From the NCBI RefSeq assembly GCF_963921235.1, contig NC_086097.1:214460001-214524000 (forward strand): 64,000 nucleotides of DNA, written 5' to 3'. The position numbers and the translations under genes are program-made. This DNA comes from Mobula hypostoma. Taxonomy: Eukaryota. Positions 50,852-62,470 of this stretch are shown piece after piece (position 1 is the stretch's first letter; every line of letters starts with the position of its first letter). The notes below the pieces were generated by a model. The model was not told where the DNA came from. It did not search any database and saw nothing but the letters and a program-made list of their open reading frames with translations.

Positions 50852-52720
50852 CAAAGTTTTCAGATTTATTACCATTGACAATTGTCATGAAATTTGATTT
50901 GTGGTAGTAGCACAGTGCAAGACATAAATGACTAAAAGAATAAAATAAATAAATACAAAAAAACAATAAAAATAAATAAATAGTGCAAAAGAGGAATAGC
51001 AAGGTAGTGTTCAAGGGTGAATGGAACATTCATAAATCTGATGGCAGAGAGAAAGAAGCTGTTGCTGAAAGATTGACTCTGGGTCTTCAGGTTCCTTTAC
51101 CTCCCCTCTGAGGGTAGCAATGAGAAGGAGCATGTCCTGTTTGGTGGCCCTCTGTTGGTTGAGGGAAACCAATGATGTTGTGTCCTAGCTACCTGCATTG
51201 TTGGTGTAGTGCCATCTGTGGCTGATGTGACCAATGCGAGAGTGGCAATCTCTGTTGCAAAGGTCACACCTGTAAGTGGAGATGCAGCATTCCTCTCTAT
51301 GGGTCTGTTTGTCTTCTGCCACTTTCAGGAATTTTTCCTCGCTTGACTTAAGGTATTTTTCAGAGTACTTTTCGATCTGCCGCGGTTGGCTGCAAGTTCC
51401 TCCCAGGCCACGATGTCCAGCGCCTTCATGTCCCACTTGCAGACATCCTTGTAGCGCAGTTGCTGGCGGCCAGCATTTCTCTTGCCTGAAGCCAGCTCAC
51501 CATAGAGGATGTCTTTTGGGATACGGCCACCCTGCACGCAGAAGACGTGATTCAGCAGCACAGCCTATGCTGCCTGAGCAGGGTGTACATGCTAGGAAGG
51601 CCAGCACGAGAGAAAACCTCAGCATTGTGTATTCTGTCTCTCCAGCAGATGCCCAGGATGTGACAAAACCACCTTAAATGGAAGGTGTCGAGCCTTGTCT
51701 CCTGCTTGTCCAGGTCTCGCTGCTGTACGGTAGTGTGCTGGTGACACAAGCGTTGTACACTGCTATCACTGTCTAGACTGAGAGTTTGGAGTTCTCTCAT
51801 ACTCACGTAGTGAGGCAGGCAAGTGCTGTTACAGCCTTCCCAATGCACTTGTCAATTTCTACATCTCTGATCATAGCTTCGCAAACTTTAGTTTTGGCTC
51901 TTAGGCGGGTGAAGTTAAAAAGTCTACCATCTGACCTGGTGTGGAGGTGGATCCCCTCGGTTGCAGTGCCAAGCGCATGCCTCAGGAGAAGGGCAAAGAA
52001 GATCCCAGAGAGAACTGGGGCGAGAACACAGCCTTGCTTAGTCCTGCTGCTTATGTCCTGGGCAGTAAGGGTCCTTAGTGATGGATGTCGCCCTCTTGAG
52101 GCACTGCCTTTTGAAGATGTCCTTAATAGTGGCAGGCTTGTGCCTGTGATGGAGCTCACTGGGTTTACAACTCTCTGCAGCTTTTGTCAATCCTGTGCAT
52201 TGGAGCCTCCATGCCAGGCAGTCTGCAATCAATTACAATTTGCTAGTGTCCTTGGTGACAAACCAAATCTCCTAATGAAGCAGAGTCACTGGTGTGCCTT
52301 CTTTGTGATTGCATCCATTGAGATTTTCATACCCAGGAACTTGAAGTTGGTTATGTGTTCTCCTGACTTCCCCTTCCTGAAGCTTGTAATCAATTCCTTG
52401 GACTTGTTGACATTGAGTGCAAGGTTGTTGTGGCACCACTCAACCCGCTGATCTACAGTATCTTACTACCGTACGCCTCCTCATCACCTTCTGAGGTTCT
52501 GCCAACAGTGGTGTCATCAGCAAATTTGTACAGTAGATGGCATTTGAGCTGTGCCCAGCCACACAGTCATGAGAGTAGAGAGTAGAGCAGTGGGCAAGCA
52601 TACTTCAGGTGTGTTGATCCCTAGCGCGAAGGAGATGTTATTAATGATCTGCCCAGACTGTGATCTCCTGATGATGAACCCAGCTGTAGAGGGATGCACA
52701 GAGGTCCAGGTTTGAAAGGT
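50852..52720 (-). mobile_element. Rex1-like LINE fragment split by RTE insertion
   Basis: Tail at ~50852-50950; LPATIKDIFKRQCLKRATSITKDP-like motif and QICADD-like remnant near 52510-52530. Confidence 0.85.
51140..52052 (-). mobile_element. RTE (BovB-clade) LINE, 5'-truncated with internal deletion, 8-bp TSD ATGTCCTG
   Basis: KQGCVLAPVL..IFF...RSDGRLFN..RLRAKTK; RIPKDILYGEL..GKR..GR..LRYKDVCK; C-terminal CxxC..SRIG..SH. ATGTCCTG at 51132-51139 and 52053-52060. Confidence 0.92.
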
Positions 52721-52869
52721 TATTTTTAGTATTGTATTTCCATGTATTAGTTCTGTGGTTTAGACTTCCAATTTATTTTTGTTTAATTGCTGCCCTGTGT
52801 TGATTAGGACATGTCAAGTGCTGGAATTTATTGAAGTCCTTGGTATTTTGCAACTTTATCTTCCTCATT

Positions 52870-52965
52870 TAACACTCCATGGTTGCAGCCTGACCTGCTA
52901 AGTTCCTCCAACAGTTTGGGTTTGCTGCTTTGGATTTCCACATCTGCAGAATTTCTTGTGTTTAC
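52870..52965 (+). mobile_element. Penelope-like terminal repeat fragment
   Basis: GCCTGACCTGCTAAGTTCCTCCAACA...GATTTCCACATCTGCAG. Confidence 0.65.
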
Positions 52966-53261
52966 AACTTTACCTGTAGTTTATTAGACTCATTCATCTC
53001 ACCTATCTTGAGATCTGTAGACATTTTTGATATGGATGATATTTATTCTATTCAATTGTTTTCCCCATCATTCTTATGCTGTACATTCTTGAAGAAATAT
53101 GGCAGCATTTTTTTTAACATTACTAGCTGTGAGGTACTGTTCACCTAATCTTTCTTCCAAAGGAATAAAAATTGGGAAAGCAATCTGCTGCTTGTTGCTG
53201 CCTGGTGTTGTTACATTCTGTAATGATGATGTAATATATTTGTTTGCAATCAACTTAGTTA

Positions 53262-53454
53262 TAATAATTATTGTTGTGTGCCAGTGAGTCGTATTGACTC
53301 ATAGCCACTGTATAGATTGTGTAGTTTTCGTAACAAGATACAGAAGTAGATTTCTTCCGTGCAGAATCTGCTGCTGCTGGAACCTGGCCGGATTCGAACA
53401 TAGGACCATCCACCTCGAAGTCCAGTGCTGTTGCCACTACACTACCAGCTAGCC
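53262..53454 (-). mobile_element. tRNA-derived SINE with RTE-type 3' end
   Basis: Minus strand box A TAGTGTAGTGG and box B GTTCGAATCC. 3' stem-loop GAGTC-AATAC-GACTC and (CAA/TAA) tail. Confidence 0.8.
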
Positions 53455-56021
53455 TCAAAAGAAATTATTACAGACCATAGTGTGTGCAGGGAAGCAAAGC
53501 AGCACAGCAGCATCAGGAGAATGCCTGAATCAACTCCACCAATGATGTCGTGTTTTAATTAAAAGGTTACAGTATGTTGTATTTGTATTTTACTTTTATT
53601 TAGGTTTTATGTAAGATGCAGAAGCAATCTGCATCGTAGACTTCTAGTGTTCGATTTTCAGCAGCGATTATCTTGGCAAACTCATCAATGAATTTCTTTG
53701 CTGCTCTGTGACCTGCAGATACCTTATTTTTAATGTTTTTTTTAAATCTTTAAACATTTAATGCTGTGCCTTAATTTTCTGCAACCATCCTGCTGCATGT
53801 TCACAATTACCTTGAATTTTCAGCTTGTTGTGATAGATCATTGCTTGTTTCATGATCAGCATACTGTTAAGCCACAAATGTTCACTTCAACACTGACGAA
53901 TCCAGTCTTTCGATACACTTTCAAGATCTTTGTTTTTCACTTTATGCAGTGTTTTTCTCTTTTTCATTAAGTTCTGTTTATTACATATGTGAGGTCACTT
54001 CTCAGAACTGTCTGTGGTGTGCAGAGACCTACGCATTGCCCAGTGCCTTATGAAATTTTCTGTTTGTAGTGTCATGTCAGTGCTGAAAAAAATTGGATTT
54101 CAGAGACTTTTGGATTGTACGATAAAATGTACTCAAACTGTAGTTGCATTTATGAATTTCAGGATTTTCAGTCTGGTAGCTGCATTTTTTTTACCTTCCT
54201 CATTGCAGCTGACTCTGGCTCCCACTTCTCACCATTTTGTCCATCAGTAGGTGAAAATTGCAGAAAATCCAATTTAATACGTTCGTTAATAGAAGTTTTA
54301 TGTTTCTATGCTATTTTACTCTTCTACTTCGTCTATTAACTCTTGCAGTCCTATAATTTCTCAAAGGTACAAAATAATATTGACATTCAGCTCTGACTTT
54401 GCCCTGACATTTACATATTTCCCTGCAATTAAGCAACAACACAAACAGGAGTTATAGATGTTGATATGTATGTGTAAGGTGCTCTCCTCACAGCAGTGTC
54501 ATCACAATGTTATTGGATGCACGTCGCTGCATCTGCACTGCATAGAAATTGCAAAATCAATTAAGGTCAGCAAAAAGCAGTGATAACTCACTGGCAAAGA
54601 ATTGGTAACTGAATCATGTTAATTACGTAGTGCTAAGTATGTAAGTCTGAAATAATATACTTTACTGTATAGCTTTTCCCTTCAAAGGCCCACACACTTC
54701 AGTACCTTAAAATTACAGTAATTACAGTTTGTAATAAACCCAGTGGCCCATAATTTGTTTCCAAATTAACATGCACCATATAACATCCACCATTATCAAT
54801 GTTCAGATGCTGTATTAACATCAGGAAGTGCAGATGAGGTTAAGCATTGAAACTCAAAAGATATTGCTGTCTAGCCTTGAGCACGAAACTTGCTACTGAC
54901 TGTTGTCCATTTTATTCTGCATAATTGTTATGATGTGATAAATTCTGATTATTGCTAATTACCTTTCTGCCATTGAAAGTTAATTTTTGCAAATATAATA
55001 TCAAATTATTTCACATTTTTCTTATTCTGTAACTTCAATCATTTAAAATTAAAATTAAAAACGTGTTTTATTTGTCCTTTTTGTCTACTTCCTTTCAAGT
55101 TTAACTTGACTTTCTTTACATTTACTTTTAATTCTGTACTTGATTTGTAATGAACTCAATTACTCCAATTTACAGTACCTTTTCAGTACCTGTAATCCCC
55201 CTCAATATAATTTGTGAAGGAGTGCACAGATGCTTGACCTTTTCACTCAGTTCCAAGATTACCTGAATTCATTATTCTCTATTAAAACTTTCAGCAACTT
55301 TTGCAATGAAAATGGAATTTAAAGCTTAAGGTGCAAAAAAATTCTTCCTAACTGGGGATACAGTTAGATTCTCTCTTTGAGCATATTATGGCCTTTTGTA
55401 ATATTGACTAAACCTATTCATTTGGAACTGATTTCAAAAGCTAAATGTGCTGGATGAGGAAAAGCTAACTGGTGTCAGAAATCTTTATTCCAATAGCTAC
55501 TCATGGAGTGATAACAGCAGAGGACATGATTTATTCCTTCAAAGCCATGCAAGAGCATTGTAGTTAGTTGCACCCACATATTTTTATTCTAGTTTTGCAA
55601 TTTTTTTTCCAAGTCCTGATTTAACTCAATTTTTAAAGGCACAATTGAATGCACTTCCAACACTCTCCCCAACAATGTTTTCTAGATGCTAACCACAAGC
55701 TGAATGACATAGTTTTCCCTCTTGCCACTTACGTTTTTTTTGTCAAAAATATATACACTCAGATTCTTGACTCTTTCACATGCCACTCTGTTTCTCCCTG
55801 CTCCTTCTATTCCTTCATTACTTTGAGTTCTCAAGCTTCTTCATATGATGCAGTACCATGGACCAGTCCTGTTGATCTTTTCCAAATCCTCTCTAACAAT
55901 TTTGTGGTGACCAGAATTAGTTGCAGTGAGCCATTGTTCGATAGCTACTAGTTCATCACAATTTTGCATCCAATGCCTCCATTTATAAAGTTCAGGATCC
56001 CTTGTAGTATTTTTATTTTCT

Positions 56022-56155
56022 TTATTTAGAGATACAACATGGTAACAGGCACTTCCAGCCCAATGAGCCTGTGATACTCAAGTACGCCCGAGTGACCAAT
56101 TAACCTATGAACCTGTACATCTTTGGGACATGGAAGGAAAATGGAGTCCCCCAAA
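56022..56155 (-). mobile_element. V-SINE (HE1-like) fragment
   Basis: CCAATTAACCTATGAACCTGTACATCTTTGGGACATGGAAGGAAAATGGAG resembles the V-domain reverse strand, with CR1-like tail. Confidence 0.65.
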
Positions 56156-56313
56156 TCCCCCTCCCCCACCCTCAAAAAAAGCCTGAGAAAGATTGGACAA
56201 AAAAACATAGAATACAAAAAAACGTTAAGACTGAAAAAAAAGTACACAGTCCAAGTCTACATCCAAAACGCAGAAAACCTGGGCAACATTCTCCCTGTTC
56301 TTAGCAGAATGAA

Positions 56314-56536
56314 CTCACCAATGATGAAAAGGCAGTCTCCCTTTTCCATGCAGAGTGATCCCACCAGCAATAAAAGGAAGCCTCCTCTCTCTATGCTGAG
56401 CGATCTCACCAATGATAAAAAGGCCGTCTCCCTTCTCCATGCAGAGCAACTCACCAATGATAAAAAGGCAGTCTGTCCTCTCCATGCAGAGTGATCTCAC
56501 CAGTGATAAAAAGGCAGTCTCTCCTCTTCATGCGAT
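56314..56536. repeat. Minisatellite, ~5 x 45-46 bp
   Basis: Unit CTCACCAATGATAAAAAGGCAGTCTCCCTTCTCCATGCAGAGTGAT. Confidence 0.9.
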
Positions 56537-56919
56537 CTTCATGGATTTTGCCCTGCGATAAAAAGGCAGACAGCTGGCGTTTCAATCTCCCTCGTCACTT
56601 TAATCGGTGTCAAATGGAATTGAACATTGGCTCGCAGCTTTTTCGCCTCAAGGTTCCCGCGTGCTGCCTTGGAATCCCCTCGGAGACTGTAGAGTGCCGA
56701 AACAGCCAAACGATCTCCAAACTGCAAATCACTGGCTCCAACAGTTTCAGAATCACAGTCAAGATAAAAAATACAAACCTAAAAGATATAAAAAAGTGAA
56801 ATATATGGTTTCATGAACAATCTAGATTGAAGGAGAGTTTTTTGTGTGGAGAGGAGGGATTTGTGGTTTGATGATTGTGCTGCCTTTCTTTTCTTTTTTG
56901 GTTTCTTGGTCCTAATCCA

Positions 56920-57360
56920 TGATAATAACAATGGGCACATTTTGGACAGGAAGGACAGGAGAGAGTTTGAAAGAGAGTTTAAAGAAGCCATTTTTGTCAA
57001 AATGGAAAACCCATCCCTGAACCAAGGGTGTGGAGTACGACACCACCTATCAGCTACTTACAATACAGTCCTAACATCTCTTAACCCAGCATCTCCACAA
57101 CAGTTCACGCCTCCATTCATGCAAAGATAGGACTCTCATTGCCTCTACAACTCTTAACAACCCTCATGTGATTGCTGTACCTTTAAACAACTCTCAGAGT
57201 CTATAAGCCGGAAAACTGCCCACCATGGATCAGAACTGAAGAAGCCTCTCAGTGACTGGCAAAACATCTTCTAGACAAGACAGCAATTCCAGTTGCCTTG
57301 ATTTACGACTGCTTAATATACTGCGATGTGCATGACTGAGAACTTTCATAGACACAATAA
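56920..57360 (+). mobile_element. Penelope-like element (second family): GIY-YIG C-terminus + 3' region with decayed hammerhead
   Basis: HILDRKDRREFEREFKEAIFVKMENPSLNQGCGVRHHLSATYNTVL; AGAA-CTGAAGA-A-GCC..GGC-AAAA-CATC-TTCT at 57232-57272. Confidence 0.85.
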
Positions 57361-57729
57361 ACAGGGAGGTGAACTAGTTTTGAAGATTGGATAGTTACGG
57401 TGAGGGTACCTGTAGGTATCTATATTGGAGAGGGCTTAAAGTATTCTTTTGAGTTTAGAGAATCAAACCCAATACCATCACACTGCCTGATAATTTTACC
57501 CCTTTATGGGGTCAGAGTTAGGATTGCGCCCTGGGACCATTTGCAATTTTTCAGGTAATGAAGCACCTCCTGGATAACATTCGGTGATGGGGCTTTGAGT
57601 GAAAAATAAGTTTATGCCGTGCAAGTGCCAAGTATTGGCCATATCCAAAAAGAGGAAGGTCGATGATTTTCCCTTGATATTTAATAGCATAGCTAGGAAT
57701 TGGATCCACAGTCATTGGCGGCCTTGGCA

Positions 57730-58490
57730 GGATCAGGATCAGAATCAGGTTTATCATTAATATGTGTCATGCAATTTGTACTTTTGAACTAACAATACAG
57801 TGCAAGACATAAAAATCATTATAAGTTGTGAAATAAATAAATAGTGCGAAAGAGAAGTAGTGATGCCAAGAGGCATGTCCTTGGTGAGGGCCTTCAGTGA
57901 TGGATGCCACCTTCTTGAGATTCCGCCTTTTGAAAATGTCCTCAATGGTGGGGAGATTATTATCGATGATGGAGCTAGCTGAATCTACAAACCTCTGCAG
58001 CTTCTTGCGATCTCGTGCATTGGCAACTCAGTGATTCAGCCAGTCAGGATGTTCTCCACTGTACATCTGCTAGGGTCTTTTATGACATACCAAGCCTTCT
58101 CAAACTCCTAATGAAGTAGACCAATTGGCACATGTCTTTTTTGATGTCATTAATGTGTTGTACATTAATGATGGCACCTAGGAACTTGAAGCTGCTCACC
58201 CTTTCTATCACTGACCCTTTAATAAAGGCTAGTAAGTATTCTCCCAACTTCCTCTTCCAGAAATCCGTAATCAATTCCTTAGTTTGCTAATGATACGTAC
58301 AAGGTTGCTATTACAACACCGCTCAAAGAGCTGTCCTATCTCATTTCTATCCACCACCTTGTCACTAACTGGGATTTTGCCAATAACGGTGGTGTCCTCA
58401 GCGAATTTATAGATGGCATTTGAGCTGTGCCTAACCACACAGTTATGAGTTTACAGGAAATAGAGCATTGGACTACAGACATATCTTGAG
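57730..58490 (-). mobile_element. Rex1-like LINE fragment
   Basis: IKGSVIERVSSFKFLG, YFIRSLRRLGMS, and tail AGAATCAGGTTTATC. Confidence 0.85.
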
Positions 58491-59009
58491 CTGCATAGAA
58501 GTATAGCTAATGTATCAGAAACTCTGTGGGACAAGTGAAATCAGTAATAGAGCTATTTCATGAAACATTAAAACTGAAGCAAAGAAATGTAGGGTTCCAT
58601 CCTTTTCCTTCCTCCTTTTCAACACACTTCACCATGTCACTGCCTTGCTGATGTATGCACTCAAATTGTTTTTTTATAACTCTACTGGATGCTGTTGTCA
58701 GCCTGTGATAATCCCCTGTCTTTCTGGATTTTCTGCCCTTTCAAGCAATGAGTAGTTACTGTTCAGGGTGACCAACCTGAGCAGATTTCCACTGCATTTA
58801 AACCATCAAAAGTGATTAAGTATTCAGCCAAAGCTTATTCACCTTCCAGACTCCAAAGTATAAGTGACTTGGATGTATGGGTGGGGTAATGAAGGAAGAC
58901 TTAAATTTTTATTACGTCTTCCATGCTTTGATACTGTATCAAAATTCAATCAAATACTTTGAAATCTAGTCAACATGGCAATGTAGGATGCGTTGAAGCT
59001 AACTGATGC

Positions 59010-60460
59010 CAGATATCCCACCCTGCAAAAACACGTTTCAGGGAGGTAGCACCCGCACCTCCCCATTCCCCCCCAGCATCCCCGGTCGGCCTCTAAGGGT
59101 GTATGTAATAATTTGTTTAGTGATTTTGTCTAATCTGTAAACCAAGTTGGGTATATGCAGAAAATGTGACTTTAAAATATGTACTTATGTTATATTATCA
59201 TGTTTATTACAACTTTAAGCAAGTCTACAGGGAGTTTGGCCTCATCATCAATAGAGTATCTCCTTAGCAGCCAGCCAGCTAGTTTAAATAACGTTAGCTA
59301 TGCTAATGAATGAATGACACCTGTTAAACTCACCTCAACATGTCTTTTACATTTTAACCTACCATGGGCAATAGAAAAGTCACTGTTGCAAACAGTGCAA
59401 CGAGCAACACTATCATTATTTTTGAAGTCGACTGTAAAGCCCGCCCACAGAGAAAACTGCTAGGTCTACTTAGCAGGGGTGCCCAACCTTTTTTGCACCG
59501 CAGACCAGTTTAATATTGACAGTATTCTTGCGGACCGGCTGACCGGGGAGGGCGGGTGTTAATCCCGACCAGAATATAGGTGACAAGTCAACTATAAGTC
59601 ACTTATAAGTGGCTAATACACTCAATTTCGTTTCTAAAACAGTTTATCTAACGAACTCAATGTTAAACACACAGCGCATATTTTCCTCGCATGCATATAG
59701 TGATAAGTCAATTATAAGTCACTTATGTCAATAGCATCATAACATTTTAAGTAACGTTTGGATATTAAACACACAGCGCATATTTTCCTCGTATGAACAT
59801 ATAAAATCATTGCAACATACCAATATCGCTGAATCAGTGGGAGCCCTGGGCTTGTTTCCCAGTAACAAGACAACAGTCCCATCGAGGGGTGAGGGGAGAC
59901 AGTGATACTCGAAGGGGGTTCCTGATGTCCAGTTTATTCCACAATTTAGTTTTCGTTGCATTCATTGCAGAAAACCCCACTTTGCAGGGATATGATGTTG
60001 GAAATGGAAACAACGTTTTCAGTGCTTTCATGGCTATCTCAGAATATTTAGCCTTGACTTTGATCCAGAATGCCGGCAGAGATGTTATGTCAAACATACT
60101 TTTCAGCCCGCCGTCATTTGCAATCTCGAGGAGTTGATCTTCTTCCCGCGCTGACATGGATGACGCGTGGGTAATGACCTCGCGTGCGTTCAAGTTTAAC
60201 AGTGCGCGTGACAGGGAATGAGGAAAGGTGCAGCTGACTCATATCATTTCATATCGCCAAATCATATTGTTTCCTCATGGCCCAGTGGTTGGGGACCACT
60301 CTTAGCACGAAGAGAGACCAATCAGAATGCTCGCTCTCCCTCTCCCTCTCTTTCTCAAAAGAATCGATTTCCAGGATATTGTATATAATTTTCAGGCGTC
60401 AGGGAGCCACTATCAATATGCAGGAGACTCCCAGAACTTCTGGGAGAGGTGGGATGTCTG
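59010..60460 (-). mobile_element. Second copy of hAT-like family with 6-bp TSD (TGATGC)
   Basis: TIR CAGATATCCCACC / GGTGGGATGTCTG. TGATGC at 59004-59009 and 60461-60466. 59255-59420 matches 27130-27300. Confidence 0.88.
59474..60300 (-). mobile_element. hAT Charlie/Buster-type element, internally deleted, nested
   Basis: TIR CAGGGGTGCCCAACC / GGTTGGGGACCACT. ORF 59834-60193 FWIKVKAKYSEIAMKALKTLFPFPTSYPCKVGFSAMNATKTK...KQAQGSH (hATC domain). Partial TSD CTTAG. Confidence 0.92.
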
Positions 60461-60554
60461 TGATGCACAGCAAGGTCCCATAGACAGCAATATGGTTGTG
60501 ATGAGATAATGTGTTTTATTAATGTTTCATTCTTTCATCATTGTACAGAAGCGT

Positions 60555-60775
60555 TCTTGCACCTTGACCTTGCACCTCCCAGCTTCTTATTTCACCCCTC
60601 AGGTTGCACTCTGTCCCTTCCCCTCCCCCCCCACCCCCACTTTTTTATTCCGGCCTCTTCCCTCTTCCATTCCAATCCTAACAAAGGGGCTTGGTCTGAA
60701 ACGTCAACTGTTTATTTTCCTCTGTCGACTCTGCCTGATTTGTTGAGTTCCAGCAGCACTTGGTGTGTGTTGTTA
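60555..60775 (+). mobile_element. Penelope-like terminal repeat with decayed hammerhead
   Basis: AATC-CTAACAA-A-GGGG CTTG GTCT-GAAAC-GTC-AACT at 60674-60709, then CTGCCTGATTTGTTGAGTTCCAGCAGCA. Confidence 0.7.
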
Positions 60776-61939
60776 AAGTGTTTAATGATTTTGTTTGAAA
60801 TAATTATGGGGGTGGGGGAGGGCAGGGCGAACTGCCCACTTCTGTTTTCTTGTGTGAAGGGAGTTGAAAAGTTGTCCCAAAAAGCTGAGTCTTTATTCCT
60901 TTTCATACCTCCTCCAGCATTTTGTGTGCATTACTCTGACTATTTAGTGATATTTTAGTTGCGTACCCTTGTTCCTGGACTGGCTTGAATATCTCCTGGA
61001 GATTGCCAAAATGCTGCAAAGAATGCAGCCTGCGGCCTCCACCCAGATGTGTAATACACTTCTTTCCACTAAATGTGATTTGACTGTCTTGCTGTACATT
61101 TGTCCTGGTCTTTGAATGCAAGCTACCGTGCACTGATCTCCACGTAGTGAAATCTGAATAGCTCTTTGAAGCCCTGATACCATTGTCTCTTTTTACTGTC
61201 GTTGCATCTTATGATGCTGCTCTCATTTGAAAGTGCTAGTGTTTATCCCAGGGCACCTGAAGCTATTTGTAGCTTTTGTATTTTCATCCCAGCTGAGATC
61301 TTCAAAAGAGCTCACTGGATTGAATCCATCACTCTTCTAATCTGTGCGGCACAATATATTACAGAACGAACTCCCTGAGCTAATGTGGAAGTTTGGGTTT
61401 TATTGGCTGCTGGTTTCATTTTCGCTCCTGAATCATAGGCAGATAAGAGATATTAAGGCAGCTAAATTGCAGCAGTTAACTTCTGCCTACTTCTACTTCG
61501 AGAAACCATTTCGAGTAATATCCCTGTAAATCTAAGATACAACGTAAACAGACACATTAATATGCCAGTATAAATCCTTGTACCCAGAGGCAGATTTCCC
61601 ATGTGATACACCTTCATGGCTCCGTTTACCTTGGTTAAACTATCATTATTTAGAAATTTCCCATGAGTGTCAAAATAATCACCTCTGTTATACTTAATAA
61701 TGGAATATTAATCCTAAAAGCCCTCAGGTAATCTATATTTTTCAGGGGGACTGTGGGGTAGTGGTTGCAATCTCCAGCCAGCCAGTTTATATTTGGAGCA
61801 ACATCAGATAACTATGGGTGCACGAACGACAGTAAATCTTTGCTGGGTTACCAAACAGTTCAAATGTCATTGATTAAAAAATGCAATGATCTCTCAAAGC
61901 CAATAGCTGACTGTACTTCTGAAGAGGTGCAGAGAACAT

Positions 61940-62470
61940 TAACAGAGCAGCACTGGATAGGCCTTTCAGCCCATGATCTGCCAATTTGTACTTATTGTCT
62001 GCTCTCTGTGTCTCATCCATATCCCTCCATTCCCTTCATGTCCAAGTGCCCATCTAAAAGCCTTTTTAAACACCACCAAACTGCTGCTTCCACAACTACC
62101 CCTAGTAACTCATCCCAGTTGCCCACCGTTCTCTGTGTAAAATTAATTGTGTAAAAAAAAACCTTTAAACATTTCCCTTCTAATTGTAAAAGCATATCCG
62201 CTGATGTTTGACATTTTTGCCATGGGGAAATGATTCTGACTGTTTATCGATCTATGCCTCTCATAGTTTAAACTCCATCAGGTCTCCCCTCAACCTCTGA
62301 TGTTATAAGAACAGCCCAAGTTGGTGCGAACTTTCCTTGTATCTAATACCCTGTAATCCAGGCAACATTCTTGCAAACCTCTTCTGCGCCATCTCCACAT
62401 CCTTTGGATAATGGGGTGACCAGAAATACATACAATACTTTGTGGGGTCTGAATAAAGATTTATATAATT
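61940..62470 (-). mobile_element. CR1 3' fragment
   Basis: FTQRTVGNWDEL...VVEA..CLKRLLDGHLD; GGGGTGACCAGAA motif. Confidence 0.85.

Noticed and set aside
51786..52451. 221-aa plus-strand ORF
   Set aside because: Antisense to RTE and Rex fragments, spanning their junction.
53385..53454. tRNA gene
   Set aside because: A/B boxes are present but there is no acceptor-stem pairing, and it runs into a retroposon tail, so it is a SINE head.
54190..54370. Possible small exons (TTGCAG acceptors followed by GTGAAA/GTACAA)
   Set aside because: Weak donors, no recognisable peptide and no other exons to link. Needs RNA-seq.
56314..56536. CRISPR-like array
   Set aside because: Contiguous tandem units without unique spacers, eukaryotic context and no cas genes.
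59834..60193. Domesticated ZBED5/SCAND3-like gene
   Set aside because: Only the C-terminal fragment, inside TIRs of a deleted element nested in another transposon.
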